Positions 28,112-38,505 are shown, counted from the stretch's first letter. The stretch is 64,000 bases of DNA from Coriobacteriia bacterium (GCA_034368805.1 JAXMLJ010000044.1:76-64075); one strand, 5' to 3'. The notes: generated by a model from the sequence alone, not told the origin. A program made the numbers and translations.

Positions 28112-28150
28112 GCGCTAACTGTCGTCGCGACTCCGGAAGGACCCGCGCCC

Positions 28151-28693
28151 ATGCCGCATCCGCATCCGCATCACGCGCTACCCGACCCCTTCGAGCCCGC
28201 GCTCGAGGGCGTCGACCCGCTCGCGGTCGATGTCTTCCGCGCGTTCAAGCGTTCGATGATCCTCAACCGCCACCTCATGATGGCCATGCTCGCCGAGGAG
28301 GAGACGCACCCTGCACAGGCCGGCTGCCTGCTCGCCCTGTCGCGTTCTGACGGCGTCAGCCAAAGCGACCTCGCCACGATGCTCCACGTTTCCCGGCCGA
28401 CGGTGACGAGCATGCTTCAGAAGATGGAGGCCGCTTCGCTCATCGAGCGCCGCGCCGACGAGCACGACCAGCGGATCACCCGCATCTTCCTGAGCCCGAG
28501 CGGCGTGGAGGTGGCCGAGCGGATGCGGGAGGTCCACGCTCGCATCATCGCCTCCACCGTCGGGGAGATGCCCGAGGCCGACCGGGCGGAACTCCTGCGA
28601 CTGCTTGAGGCGCTCAACGAGCGTGCCGTGGCCGCGCTTCAGCGGGCCGGCGGCACGAGCCCGCATGTGAAGCCGGGAGACGACGACAGATGA
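28151..28693 (+). CDS. MarR-family transcriptional regulator
   Basis: LLALSRSDGVSQSDLATMLHVSRPTVTSMLQKMEAASLIERRADEHDQR is a winged-helix MarR pattern. Start at MPHPHPHH. Confidence 0.88.
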   Translation: MPHPHPHHALPDPFEPALEGVDPLAVDVFRAFKRSMILNRHLMMAMLAEEETHPAQAGCLLALSRSDGVSQSDLATMLHVSRPTVTSMLQKMEAASLIERRADEHDQRITRIFLSPSGVEVAERMREVHARIIASTVGEMPEADRAELLRLLEALNERAVAALQRAGGTSPHVKPGDDDR

Positions 28694-30417
28694 CGCGTAT
28701 CCTGCGCTTCCTCAAGCCGTACCGGGTCTCGCTGACCTTCGTGATGGTGCTGTTGCTCATGCAGGCCATCGGCAACCTGTACCTGCCCGACCTGAACGCG
28801 GACATCATCAACAACGGCGTGGCCAAAGCCGACACCGCGTACGTGGTCCGCACCGGCGTCGTCATGCTCGGCGTGACGCTGCTCCTCGGCATCGCCTCGA
28901 TCATCTCGGTGTACTGGGGGGCGAAGACGGCCATGGCCTTTGGTCGTGACGTCCGGCATGCGGTCTTCCGGCGCGTGCAGGACTTCTCGCTCGCCGAGAT
29001 GAACCGCTTCGGCGCCCCGTCGCTCATCACCCGCACCACCAACGACGTGCAGCAGGTTCAGATGGTGGTAGCCATGGGCCTGAACGTCATGGTCATCGCA
29101 CCGTTCATGGCCGTCGGCGGCATCATCATGGCCGTCAGGCAGGACGTGCCGCTCTCGGGACTCATCGCCGTGGTCGTCCCGCTGCTTGCGGTGATCATCG
29201 CGGTCATGGCGCGCAAAGCCCTCCCGCTGTTCAAGACGATGCAACTGCGCGTCGACCGCGTGAACCAGGTCATGCGCGAGAAGCTCACCGGTATCCGCGT
29301 GATCCGGGCGTTCGTGCGCAGCGACTACGAGGCGCGCCGCTTCGATGAGGCCAACCGCGACCTGTCCGAGACGATGCTCGCCGTCGGTCACCTGTTCGCG
29401 CTCATCATGCCGACGGTCATGGCGGTGTTCAACCTCTCACTCGTGGCGACGATGTGGTTCGGCGGACTCCGCATCGCCAGCGGCGACATGCCCATCGGCA
29501 ACCTCACGGCCTTCCTCACCTACATCATGCAGATCCTCATGTCGGTCATGATGGCGACCGTCATGTTCGTCATGGTCCCGCGCGCCGCCGCCTCGGCCGA
29601 ACGCATCAACGAGGTGCTCGACACGGAGCCCGAGATCGCCGACCCGGCAGACCCGGTCGTCATGCCCGAGCACCGGGGAACGGTCGAGTTCATGGATGTC
29701 GAGTTCCGCTACCCGGGCGCGGAGAGTGCGGTCCTCGGCGGCGTGACGTTTACCGCCGTGCCCGGCCAGACCACGGCGGTCGTGGGCTCCACCGGCAGCG
29801 GCAAGTCGACGCTCATCAACCTCATCCCCCGCTTCTACGACATCACAGGAGGGCGGCTGCTCGTAGACGGGGTGGACAGCCGCGACATGGCGCAAGAACA
29901 CCTCTGGAGCCTGATCGGTTTCATCCCACAAAAGGCGTTCCTGTTCAGCGGCACCGTGGCGAGTAACCTGCGCTACGGCCGCAAGGACGCCACCGACGAG
30001 GATCTCTGGCACGCGCTTGAGGTGGCCCAGGCCGCGACGTTCGTGCGCGCGCTGCCCGAGGGGCTCGATGCGCCGGTCGCGCAGGGCGGAGCCAATCTCT
30101 CGGGCGGCCAGCGCCAGCGCCTCGCGATCGCCCGCGCGCTCGTGAAGCGCCCGCCGATCTACATCTTCGACGACAGCTTCTCCGCGCTCGACTTCGCGAC
30201 CGACGCCGCGCTGCGCACCGCACTCGCGCGCGACACCGCCGACGCCACGGTGATCATCGTCGCCCAGCGGGTCAGCACGATCATGCACGCCGACCGGATC
30301 ATCGTGCTCGACGAGGGCACCATCGTCGGCTCGGGCACTCACGGCGAACTGATGGAGACGTGCGAAACGTACGTCGAGATCGTGAGAAGCCAGCTGACCG
30401 AGGAGGAGGTCGCATGA
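28690..30417 (+). CDS. ABC exporter, fused permease/ATPase (heterodimer subunit 1)
   Basis: Six-TM domain plus GSTGSGKST, LSGGQRQRLAIARAL and IYIFDD. Its ATG overlaps the MarR stop as ATGA. Confidence 0.9.
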   Translation: MTRILRFLKPYRVSLTFVMVLLLMQAIGNLYLPDLNADIINNGVAKADTAYVVRTGVVMLGVTLLLGIASIISVYWGAKTAMAFGRDVRHAVFRRVQDFSLAEMNRFGAPSLITRTTNDVQQVQMVVAMGLNVMVIAPFMAVGGIIMAVRQDVPLSGLIAVVVPLLAVIIAVMARKALPLFKTMQLRVDRVNQVMREKLTGIRVIRAFVRSDYEARRFDEANRDLSETMLAVGHLFALIMPTVMAVFNLSLVATMWFGGLRIASGDMPIGNLTAFLTYIMQILMSVMMATVMFVMVPRAAASAERINEVLDTEPEIADPADPVVMPEHRGTVEFMDVEFRYPGAESAVLGGVTFTAVPGQTTAVVGSTGSGKSTLINLIPRFYDITGGRLLVDGVDSRDMAQEHLWSLIGFIPQKAFLFSGTVASNLRYGRKDATDEDLWHALEVAQAATFVRALPEGLDAPVAQGGANLSGGQRQRLAIARALVKRPPIYIFDDSFSALDFATDAALRTALARDTADATVIIVAQRVSTIMHADRIIVLDEGTIVGSGTHGELMETCETYVEIVRSQLTEEEVA

Positions 30418-32402
30418 GCGAGCGCGCAGCACCTGCGACCCCGCCGGCCGGACCCGGGCGCGGCCCGGGACCCGGCGGTCCGATGATGGGTCCCGGCGGA
30501 CACGGCCTCATGGCCGGCGGCGCCAAGAGCAAGGACTTCTCCGGAGCGCTCAAACGGCTCGGCGGCTACCTCCGCCCGCATGCGCTCCTGATCGGCATCG
30601 TCATCGCGCTGACCGTCTCCAGCGTCGCCCTCAACGTCATCGGACCGAGGATCCTCGGCCAGGCGACCAACCTGCTGTTCGAGGGCGTCATCAGCGAGCA
30701 GTTCCCGGAGGGAGTCACGCAGGAGCAGGCGATCGGCGGCCTGCGCGCTGCAGGCGAGGAGCAGCTCGCCGACATGCTCGAGGCGATGACGCTCACGCCC
30801 GGTGCCGGAGTGGACTTCGACGCCATCGCACGACTGCTCGGCATGCTCGCCGCGATCTACCTGCTCTCGGCACTGTTCAACTGGATGCAGGGGTACATCA
30901 TGGCCGGCATCACGCAGCGGACGATCTACGGCTTGCGCCGCCAGGTGGACGAGAAGATCACCCGGCTGCCGCTCGCGTACTTCGACGACAACGCGCGCGG
31001 CGACACGCTCTCGCGGGTGACCAACGACATCGACAACATCGCGCAGACGCTCCAGCAGTCGGCCACGCAGGTGATCACGTCGGTGCTCACGATCGTCGGC
31101 GTGCTCGGCATGATGTTCTGGATCTCGCCGCTGCTCGCGGCGATCTCGCTACTCGTGATCCCGGCGGCGGTAGTGGTGACCATGTTCATCGCCAAGCGCT
31201 CGCAGAAGCAGTTCGCCGCACAGTGGGAGCGCACGGGGCGTCTCAACGGCCACGTGGAGGAGATGTTCACCGGTCATGCGGTCGTGAAGGTCTTCGGCCG
31301 GCAGGCCGAGGCCGTCGAGATCTTCGACGCTGAGAACGAGGACCTCTACGACGCCTCGTTCCGCGCGCAGTTCATCTCGGGCACCATCCAGCCGTCCCTC
31401 GGCTTCCTCAACAACCTCAACTACGTGGGCATCGCCGTGATCGGCGGACTGAAGGTCGCCGGCGGCACGCTCTCGCTCGGCGATGTCCAGGCGTTCATCC
31501 AGTACTCGCGCCAGTTCACCCAGCCGATCGTGCAGACGGCGTCGATCGCCAACGTGCTCCAGTCCGCTGCGGCCTCTGCCGAGCGGGTGTTCGAGCTCCT
31601 CGACGCCGAGGAGGAGGTCCCGGAGTCGACCACGCCAGTGCACCTGGCCGGCGCCCGGGGACACGTCGAGTTCCGCGACGTCACGTTCAGCTACTCGGCC
31701 GACAAACCCCTCATCGAGGGGCTCGACCTCGAAGCGCTTCCCGGCCGGACCGTTGCGATCGTCGGCCCTACGGGAGCCGGCAAGACCACGCTCGTGAACC
31801 TGCTCATGCGCTTCTATGAACTCGACGGCGGAGCCATCCTCATAGACGGCGTGGACACGCGCGACATGACCCGTGACGACCTGCGCCGGACATTCGGCAT
31901 GGTGCTGCAGGACACGTGGCTGTTCAAAGGGACCATCCGCGACAACCTGGCGTACGGGCGCGAGAACGCTACCGACGAGCAGGTCATGAACGCGGCACGC
32001 GCGGCGCACGTTGACCACTTCGTACGGACGCTCGCCGATGGATACGACACCGAACTCAACGACGAGAGCTCCAACATATCGGCCGGACAGCGGCAGCTGC
32101 TCACGATCGCCCGCGCGTTTCTCGCGGATCCGCCGATATTGATCCTGGACGAAGCGACCAGCTCGGTGGACACGCGGACCGAGACCCTCATCCAGCAGGC
32201 GATGAGCCGGCTGATGGAGGGGCGCACGAGCTTCGTGATCGCCCACCGTCTCTCCACGGTCCGTGGCGCTGATCTCATCCTCGTGATGAACGAGGGCGCG
32301 ATCATCGAGAAGGGCACACACGCCGAGCTCATGGCGGGCGGCGGATTCTACTGCGACCTGTACAATAGCCAGTTCGTGGACGCATACGAGAAGGCCGTCT
32401 AG
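30414..32402 (+). CDS. ABC exporter, fused permease/ATPase (heterodimer subunit 2)
   Basis: GPTGAGKTT, ISAGQRQLLTIARAF and ILILDEATS. ATG 30414 overlaps the upstream stop as ATGA. Confidence 0.9.
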   Translation: MSERAAPATPPAGPGRGPGPGGPMMGPGGHGLMAGGAKSKDFSGALKRLGGYLRPHALLIGIVIALTVSSVALNVIGPRILGQATNLLFEGVISEQFPEGVTQEQAIGGLRAAGEEQLADMLEAMTLTPGAGVDFDAIARLLGMLAAIYLLSALFNWMQGYIMAGITQRTIYGLRRQVDEKITRLPLAYFDDNARGDTLSRVTNDIDNIAQTLQQSATQVITSVLTIVGVLGMMFWISPLLAAISLLVIPAAVVVTMFIAKRSQKQFAAQWERTGRLNGHVEEMFTGHAVVKVFGRQAEAVEIFDAENEDLYDASFRAQFISGTIQPSLGFLNNLNYVGIAVIGGLKVAGGTLSLGDVQAFIQYSRQFTQPIVQTASIANVLQSAAASAERVFELLDAEEEVPESTTPVHLAGARGHVEFRDVTFSYSADKPLIEGLDLEALPGRTVAIVGPTGAGKTTLVNLLMRFYELDGGAILIDGVDTRDMTRDDLRRTFGMVLQDTWLFKGTIRDNLAYGRENATDEQVMNAARAAHVDHFVRTLADGYDTELNDESSNISAGQRQLLTIARAFLADPPILILDEATSSVDTRTETLIQQAMSRLMEGRTSFVIAHRLSTVRGADLILVMNEGAIIEKGTHAELMAGGGFYCDLYNSQFVDAYEKAV

Positions 32403-32426
32403 GCCCATGAAAGCGAGTACCCTCCC

Positions 32427-33392
32427 GTGACGATGTATCTGTCTGCCCTCTTAGGCTTCGTGCTGCTGTTCGGCGGCGGCGAACTGCTGGTCCGCGGCGC
32501 CGTCGCCCTCTCTCGCCGATTCGGACTCTCCCCGCTCCTTATCGGCATGACCGTCGTGGCGGCGGCGACATCGGCGCCTGAGCTCGTCGTCAGCGTCGGT
32601 GCGGCCCTCCGGGGCAGCTCGGACATCGCGCTCGGCAACGTCGTGGGCAGCAACGTCTTCAACGTGCTCGGCGTGCTCGGCATCTCGGCGCTCATCGCCC
32701 CCATCGTCGTCAAGCCGCTGGCGCTGCGCCGCGACACCGTGTTCATGGCCGGGTCCGTGGTAGCCCTCGCGCTGGCCGCCATGCTCGGGCGGATCGGCCC
32801 GGTCACCGGTCTCGTGCTGCTCGCCGGACTCATCGGCTACATCGTGTACTCGTACCGTGCCGAGATGCGGGACGAATCCGACCCTGCCGCGGAACTCCAC
32901 ACCCACGAGGCCGAGGAGCTGGCGGTGCCGACGTCGGTGGGGATCTCGGCGGCCTATCTGGCCGCGGGGCTCGCGTCTCTCGTCGTCGGTTCCCAGCTCC
33001 TCGTCACCGGTGCCACCGAGATCGCCCGCACGTTCGATCTGTCCGAGGCGGTCATCGGCCTGACGCTCGTGGCCTTGGGAACATCGCTCCCCGAGTTGGC
33101 GACGAGCGTGATGGCAGCGTTCCGCGGTCACTCGGACGTCGCGGTCGGCAACGTGCTCGGCTCCAGCCTCTTCAACGCGCTCGGGATCATCGGCGCCACC
33201 GCGCTCGTGCGGCCGATAGCGGTCGCCCCGCATATGGCACACGTAGACGTGTGGGTCATGGTCGCAGCCTCGCTCGCCGTGGTTCCGCTGCTGCTCAGCC
33301 GGGGGCGGATCGGCCGGCTCGCGGGGGGCGCCTTCCTCGCGACATACGCGGCATACATCGCGCTCTTGTTCGTAAGCGCGCCTGTCGCTTAG
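32427..33392 (+). CDS. CaCA-family cation/calcium antiporter (YrbG-like)
   Basis: Two alpha-repeat motifs, GMTVVAAATSAPELVVS..GNVVGSN and GLTLVALGTSLPELATS..GNVLGSS. Confidence 0.88.
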   Translation: MTMYLSALLGFVLLFGGGELLVRGAVALSRRFGLSPLLIGMTVVAAATSAPELVVSVGAALRGSSDIALGNVVGSNVFNVLGVLGISALIAPIVVKPLALRRDTVFMAGSVVALALAAMLGRIGPVTGLVLLAGLIGYIVYSYRAEMRDESDPAAELHTHEAEELAVPTSVGISAAYLAAGLASLVVGSQLLVTGATEIARTFDLSEAVIGLTLVALGTSLPELATSVMAAFRGHSDVAVGNVLGSSLFNALGIIGATALVRPIAVAPHMAHVDVWVMVAASLAVVPLLLSRGRIGRLAGGAFLATYAAYIALLFVSAPVA

Positions 33393-33481
33393 GAGCCGCC
33401 CGTCGCCCCGTGCTCATGCGAGCACGGCCATCGGCCGATATTCCTGGTGTGACGCCCCCGGTTACACACAGGAGAGCACGC

Positions 33482-35746
33482 ATGCGATTCCGCGCGACCG
33501 GCCTGGTGGCCCTGACGATCGTCTTCTCGATGCTCTCGCCGCTCCCGGCGATGGCCTGGTCGAACGGGCCGAACGACGGCAACGGCTACGGCACCCACGA
33601 CTGGGTCATCGACGAAGCGCTCGACATGGTGAACGCGCCGTGGGTCGTGCGCGACGTCGCACTTGCGGCCTCAGACGATCCGGATATGGTGTTCGTCGAC
33701 GTGGTCAACCACCTGTTCCGCCCCACCGGCGGTGGGCGCGGCGGGCCACAACAGGTCGCCGACCGCTACTACGATATGGTCACGGCCTACCAGGCCGGCG
33801 ACTACAACGAAGCCAGCAAGCAGCTCGGCTGGCTCTCGCACTACTTCGCGGACATGTCCGTCGTCTACCACGTCGACCTCACGGAAGGCGATTCGACCGA
33901 GAGCGCCGAGCACCTGGACTACGAGCTCGACGTCGACTCCTACCACCGCGACCCGGGCAACGTGTCCAGCTGGATCACATCGCGCGCACGTCTGCCGATC
34001 ACGGACATCCGCCAGTACACGGTGGACTACGCGGTGGGCATCCGCCCGACGTACGCCTCGCTCCGCTCGTCTTACAAGGCGAACGGACTCACCGGCACGG
34101 CTCTCACGCTCACGAAACAGAACCTCAGCGCGGCCGTGAACGGACTCGCCGACATCATCGCGATGGTGCCCTCGGGCAAGGGGATCTCGGGTCCCGGCGT
34201 GGTCACGGCCACAGCCCGCAAGGTCTACGTCACCAACAACATCGGCGTGGCCGTCTACGCCGACTGCACCGATGCCGCCGGCCGGCCGGTCGAGGGCGTT
34301 CGTGTCGAGTTCAGGTGGCCACTCCGGGCCGGGACGCTTGTGGAGACCGCCATCACCGATGCCGAGGGACGCGCGACGAGTTGGGTCGAACTCGGCAACG
34401 AGGTACTCGGCAAGGAGATCGTCGTCACGACGAAGGTGACGTCCGGTGGCCAGATCGCCTCGGACACCGCGATCATCATCCCGACCGACGTGATCGACTA
34501 CATCAAGGCAGCGGTATCCAACTACACGCCGCTGCAGAACACGCAGGTCACGGCGCACGTCGTCTGCCTGAACGCCGACGGGGAGCCCATCGGGGGCCTG
34601 CCCGTCACGTTCATCTGGACCCACCCGAGCGGCACGGTAACCGGCACGACCACGACCGACGTATTTGGCGTGGCACGCCACCGGCGCAACATCGGCGCGT
34701 CTGCCGCCGAACAGGTCGTCCAGGTCCAGGCGGCGGTTGAGGCGGGCAACACGATCCGCAACTCCTACGCGACGTTCGTGCCGAAGCCCAACCCTGTGCC
34801 GCTGCCGTTCACACCGCAGCCGGTCGCCGGAGCGAACCGCTACGCGACGGCAGCCGCCATCGCGGGCAAGGCGTTTCCGCCAAACGGCGCCACCACCGTG
34901 GTCATCGCCACCGGAGAGAACTTCCCCGACGCGCTCGGCGGCGCGGCATTGGCCGGCGCCTACAACGGACCGATCCTGCTCACGCTGCCCAGGTCGCTGC
35001 CTACCGAGGCCACCGACGCGATCAAACGACTTGGCGCCACACACGCCATCATCCTCGGCGGAACGGGAGCGGTAGGAACACAGGTCGAGACCGGCCTCCG
35101 CGCGGCCGGCATCACCAAGATCGATCGCATCAGCGGCTCCAACCGCTACGATACGGCGCGCAAGGTGGCCCAGGCGGCGGCCAAGCAGGCCAACGGCGGC
35201 TGGGACGGGACGGCACTCGTGGCCACCGGCGCGAACTTCCCCGACGCGCTCGCCGGCTCGTCACTCGCCGCGGCTCGCAGGTGGCCGATCTACCTGGCCG
35301 ACCCGAAGGGAACCCCCGCCACGCTCGCGAGCCAGATGAAAGCCGACGGCGTCAAGAAGGTCATCATCCTCGGCGGTACGGGTGCGGTCTCGGCCGCTTA
35401 CGAAAGCGCACTCCGCTCGGCCATCGCCGACACGACGCGTCTGGACGGCGCCAACCGCTACGAGACCGGCGTGGAGATCGCCCGATACGGGATCACCTCG
35501 GCAGGACTTGTCTGGGACGGCACCTCGGTGGCGACCGGCGAGAACTACCCGGATGCGCTGGCCGGCGGCATGCTCGCGGCGAAGAAGGGGTCGGTCATCG
35601 TTCTGACGACGCCGAAGTCTCTGGCACCGTCGACCGGCTCCGCGCTCGGCGCGGCCAAGGCTGAGATCGGCACCGTGTACTACCTCGGCGGCACGGGTGC
35701 GGTCTCGCAGGCCGTGCGCGACCAGATCAGCCAGACGCTGAAGTAG
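33482..35746 (+). CDS. Secreted zinc phospholipase C-like domain protein with Ig-like domains and 3 CWB2 repeats
   Basis: AGGAGA RBS before the start. Signal peptide ends ..LPAMA, then WSNGPNDGNGYGTHDWVIDEAL (the W1/His pattern of Zn-dependent PLC) and LSHYFADMSVVYH. Two Ig-like segments and three NRY.TA..iA...vViATGeNFPDAL repeats follow. Confidence 0.78.
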   Translation: MRFRATGLVALTIVFSMLSPLPAMAWSNGPNDGNGYGTHDWVIDEALDMVNAPWVVRDVALAASDDPDMVFVDVVNHLFRPTGGGRGGPQQVADRYYDMVTAYQAGDYNEASKQLGWLSHYFADMSVVYHVDLTEGDSTESAEHLDYELDVDSYHRDPGNVSSWITSRARLPITDIRQYTVDYAVGIRPTYASLRSSYKANGLTGTALTLTKQNLSAAVNGLADIIAMVPSGKGISGPGVVTATARKVYVTNNIGVAVYADCTDAAGRPVEGVRVEFRWPLRAGTLVETAITDAEGRATSWVELGNEVLGKEIVVTTKVTSGGQIASDTAIIIPTDVIDYIKAAVSNYTPLQNTQVTAHVVCLNADGEPIGGLPVTFIWTHPSGTVTGTTTTDVFGVARHRRNIGASAAEQVVQVQAAVEAGNTIRNSYATFVPKPNPVPLPFTPQPVAGANRYATAAAIAGKAFPPNGATTVVIATGENFPDALGGAALAGAYNGPILLTLPRSLPTEATDAIKRLGATHAIILGGTGAVGTQVETGLRAAGITKIDRISGSNRYDTARKVAQAAAKQANGGWDGTALVATGANFPDALAGSSLAAARRWPIYLADPKGTPATLASQMKADGVKKVIILGGTGAVSAAYESALRSAIADTTRLDGANRYETGVEIARYGITSAGLVWDGTSVATGENYPDALAGGMLAAKKGSVIVLTTPKSLAPSTGSALGAAKAEIGTVYYLGGTGAVSQAVRDQISQTLK

Positions 35747-35752
35747 TCCGCT

Positions 35753-36364
35753 TCACAGCAGCAGCCGCCTGAGCTCGGTCCGCCTCACCCTCCAGTCGGG
35801 TACGTAGCGCGCGAGCTCACCGTAGAACTCCGGACCGTGTCCGGCCTCGCGCATGTGACAGAGCTCGTGGTAGACGACGCTGTCGATGCACTCGACCGGT
35901 GCGCGCGCCAACCGGGCGTTGAGCGACATGCGGCAGCCCTCGATCAGACTCCCCCAGCGAGACCTCATCACGCGCACCCGAAGCGTCGGCTTCACCTCAC
36001 CCGGCCGGGCAAATGCTGCCCAGCAGACATCCAAGCGCTCGGCGAGCAGCCGACGCGCCTCGGCAAGCTCCTTCGGACCGAGCGGGGCCGGCGCGACAAC
36101 CGGGCCGAGCCGCCCGATCTCCTCACGCTTACGCGCAACCCAACCCGCGCGCTCGAGCAGGAGACGCTCGACCTCGCGCTCCGAGACCCGATGCGGCGCC
36201 CGCACGAGCAAGGCAGCGTCGGCGCCCACGACGATGGCAACCGTACGGCGAGCCGACCGGACGATCCCGTACGGGATACGCTCGTCATCGTGAACGATGA
36301 AGCGATCGTGAGGCACAGGTGCCTTCCGGGCCGGTGGGTCGGCGGGCAGTACAACGGGTATCAT
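35753..36364 (-). CDS. DUF45/YgjP-like (M48 superfamily) metal-dependent hydrolase
   Basis: HExxH motif in VVYHELCHMREAGHGPEFY. Start at MIPVVLP. Confidence 0.8.
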   Translation of the reverse strand: MIPVVLPADPPARKAPVPHDRFIVHDDERIPYGIVRSARRTVAIVVGADAALLVRAPHRVSEREVERLLLERAGWVARKREEIGRLGPVVAPAPLGPKELAEARRLLAERLDVCWAAFARPGEVKPTLRVRVMRSRWGSLIEGCRMSLNARLARAPVECIDSVVYHELCHMREAGHGPEFYGELARYVPDWRVRRTELRRLLL

Positions 36365-36449
36365 AGGGCTTCGAGGCCGCATGCGGCCTCGAAGTATGAG
36401 AGACCGCGCCGGCTCCTGCGGCGTGTGCGCAGCAAGAAGGGGGTTCCAC

Positions 36450-37196
36450 ATGTCGGCACTACTCGCGGTCAGAGGGCTGCGCAAGTCCTATGGCGAACTC
36501 GAAGCCGTCGCGGGGATAGACTTTCAGATCGCCCCGGGCGAGATCTACGCGCTCATCGGCCCCAACGGGGCGGGCAAGACGACCACGCTTCGCATGGTAG
36601 CCACGATCCTGCGTCCTTCCGGGGGCACGATCGAGGTGGACGGACTCGATGTCGTCAAGGACGCCGACGGGGTGCGCCGCATCATCTCGTACCTGCCCGA
36701 GGAGGCCGGCGCCTACAAGAACATGAAGGCGATCGACTACCTGACCTTCGTGGCACGGATCTTCTTCGCCGAGAAGGGGCGCGTAGCCGAAGCGGTCGAG
36801 GTGGCCCGCGAGGTCTCGGGCCTCGGCGATCGCCTCGATGACAAGCTCGGATCGTACAGCAAGGGCATGAGCCGGAAGCTGCTGCTCGCCCGCACCGTCA
36901 TGACACGGCCGCGCCTGGCTATCCTTGACGAGCCGACGAGCGGCCTCGACGTCTTGAACGCACTCGAGATCCGCGACCGGGTGCGCGAACTCGCGCGCCA
37001 GGGCATGTCGGTGCTGCTCTCCAGCCACAACATGCTCGAGATCGAGTACCTCTCCGACCGCGTCGGCATCATCGACCGCGGCGTGATCCGGGACACCGGT
37101 ACCGCCGCGGAGCTCAAGGCGCGCCATGACGCCGACAACCTCGAGACGGTCTTCGGGCATCTGGCGGGCGCCGACCGAGAGGTGGTGGCGCGATGA
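36450..37196 (+). CDS. ABC transporter ATP-binding protein (ABC-2/NatA-like)
   Basis: GPNGAGKTT, YSKGMSRKLLLAR and LAILDEPTSGLD. Confidence 0.9.
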   Translation: MSALLAVRGLRKSYGELEAVAGIDFQIAPGEIYALIGPNGAGKTTTLRMVATILRPSGGTIEVDGLDVVKDADGVRRIISYLPEEAGAYKNMKAIDYLTFVARIFFAEKGRVAEAVEVAREVSGLGDRLDDKLGSYSKGMSRKLLLARTVMTRPRLAILDEPTSGLDVLNALEIRDRVRELARQGMSVLLSSHNMLEIEYLSDRVGIIDRGVIRDTGTAAELKARHDADNLETVFGHLAGADREVVAR

Positions 37197-38482
37197 GGAC
37201 GTTCGGCGTTTTGCTGCACAAGGAACTCCGTGAACTGCTGACGTTTCAGATGCTCGGCCCGTTCGTCGCCATAGTCGTCATCTTCATCGCCCTCGGCGGC
37301 GTCATCGGCTCGGCTGGCGACGGCGACGGCAGCACGCGCCTCGTCGTCATCGACAACGACCGCTCGGTGGCATCGCACACGGTCATCGCGTCACTCGAGT
37401 CGGTCGGTCTCGACGTCACGGTGGTGGAAGATGCCGAGACGGAAACGGTGATCGCCGGGCACTCCGCTGAAGGCATCGGCCTGTTCGTGACCGTGCCCGA
37501 GGGGTTCGCGCCCTCGCTCGACAGCGACGAGCCGCTGCCTGTTGAGGCGCATGCGGTCATGACCGACTTCTCGTTCCTCGGCATGCAGGGGACCGCCGAG
37601 ATGCAGGCCGGCCTTGCGACCGCCAACCAGGCGCTCGCCACCGCGTTTGCGACGCGGTTCGCGCCGGACGCCCCGCTCGAACTGCTACAGACGCCGCTAC
37701 ACGTCGAGCATCGCGTCACGGTGGGCGAGGAGACGGCGGCAACGAGCCCGGATGTGGTCGGCGCGTTCATCGCCCAGCAAACCACGTTCATACCGATCGT
37801 GCTGTTCATCGTCATCATCTTCGCGGCCCAGCTCATCGCCACGACGATCGCCACCGAGAAGGAGAACAAGACCCTCGAGACGCTGCTGTCCTACCCTGTG
37901 AGCCGCACCTCGCTGGTCACCGCCAAGATGGTCGCAGCCGGGCTTGTGTCGCTCGTTGCGGCAGCCGCGTACATGCTCGGCATGCAGCAGTACATGGCCG
38001 GGCTCGAGGCAGGCCTCGGTGGAGGCGGCGCCGGCGCGGCGATGCAGGCGTCGCGCGCGGCAATGACCCAGCTCGGTCTCGTGCTCGGTCCCGCCGACTA
38101 CGTGATGCTCGGGCTCTCGCTGTTCGCAGGCATCCTGCTCGCGCTCTCGATCGCGATCATCCTCGGCGCGTTCGCCGAGAGCGTGAAGGCCGCGGCAGCG
38201 CTCCTCACGCCGCTCATGGTGCTTCTCATGGTGCCGTACATGCTCACCATGTTCGTGAACCTGAACACCGCATCACCGCTGCTCAAGTGGGGACTGCTCG
38301 CAATCCCGTTCACGCATGCGTTCACGGCCGCACAGAACCTCTTCCTCGGAAACGACACCGCAGTGTGGCTCGGCATCGGCTACCAGCTGCTCTGGTTCGT
38401 CGGCTTCGCGCTGATCGCCGCCCGCATCTTCTCCAGCGACCGCATCCTCACCATGAAGCTCGACATACGCCGCAAGAAGTAG
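37193..38482 (+). CDS. ABC-2 family permease (NatB-like) with large extracytoplasmic loop
   Basis: N-terminal TM, a loop of about 150 aa, then 5 TM segments. ATG overlaps the ATPase stop as ATGA. Confidence 0.8.
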   Translation: MRTFGVLLHKELRELLTFQMLGPFVAIVVIFIALGGVIGSAGDGDGSTRLVVIDNDRSVASHTVIASLESVGLDVTVVEDAETETVIAGHSAEGIGLFVTVPEGFAPSLDSDEPLPVEAHAVMTDFSFLGMQGTAEMQAGLATANQALATAFATRFAPDAPLELLQTPLHVEHRVTVGEETAATSPDVVGAFIAQQTTFIPIVLFIVIIFAAQLIATTIATEKENKTLETLLSYPVSRTSLVTAKMVAAGLVSLVAAAAYMLGMQQYMAGLEAGLGGGGAGAAMQASRAAMTQLGLVLGPADYVMLGLSLFAGILLALSIAIILGAFAESVKAAAALLTPLMVLLMVPYMLTMFVNLNTASPLLKWGLLAIPFTHAFTAAQNLFLGNDTAVWLGIGYQLLWFVGFALIAARIFSSDRILTMKLDIRRKK

Positions 38483-38505
38483 GGACCGCGCGGCCCGGTC
38501 AGTCT

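Noticed and set aside
33251-33481. N-terminal extension of the PLC-like ORF (start 33251), which overlaps the end of the antiporter gene.
   Set aside because: The extension is Arg-rich nonsense. ATG 33482 has an AGGAGA RBS and yields a normal signal peptide.
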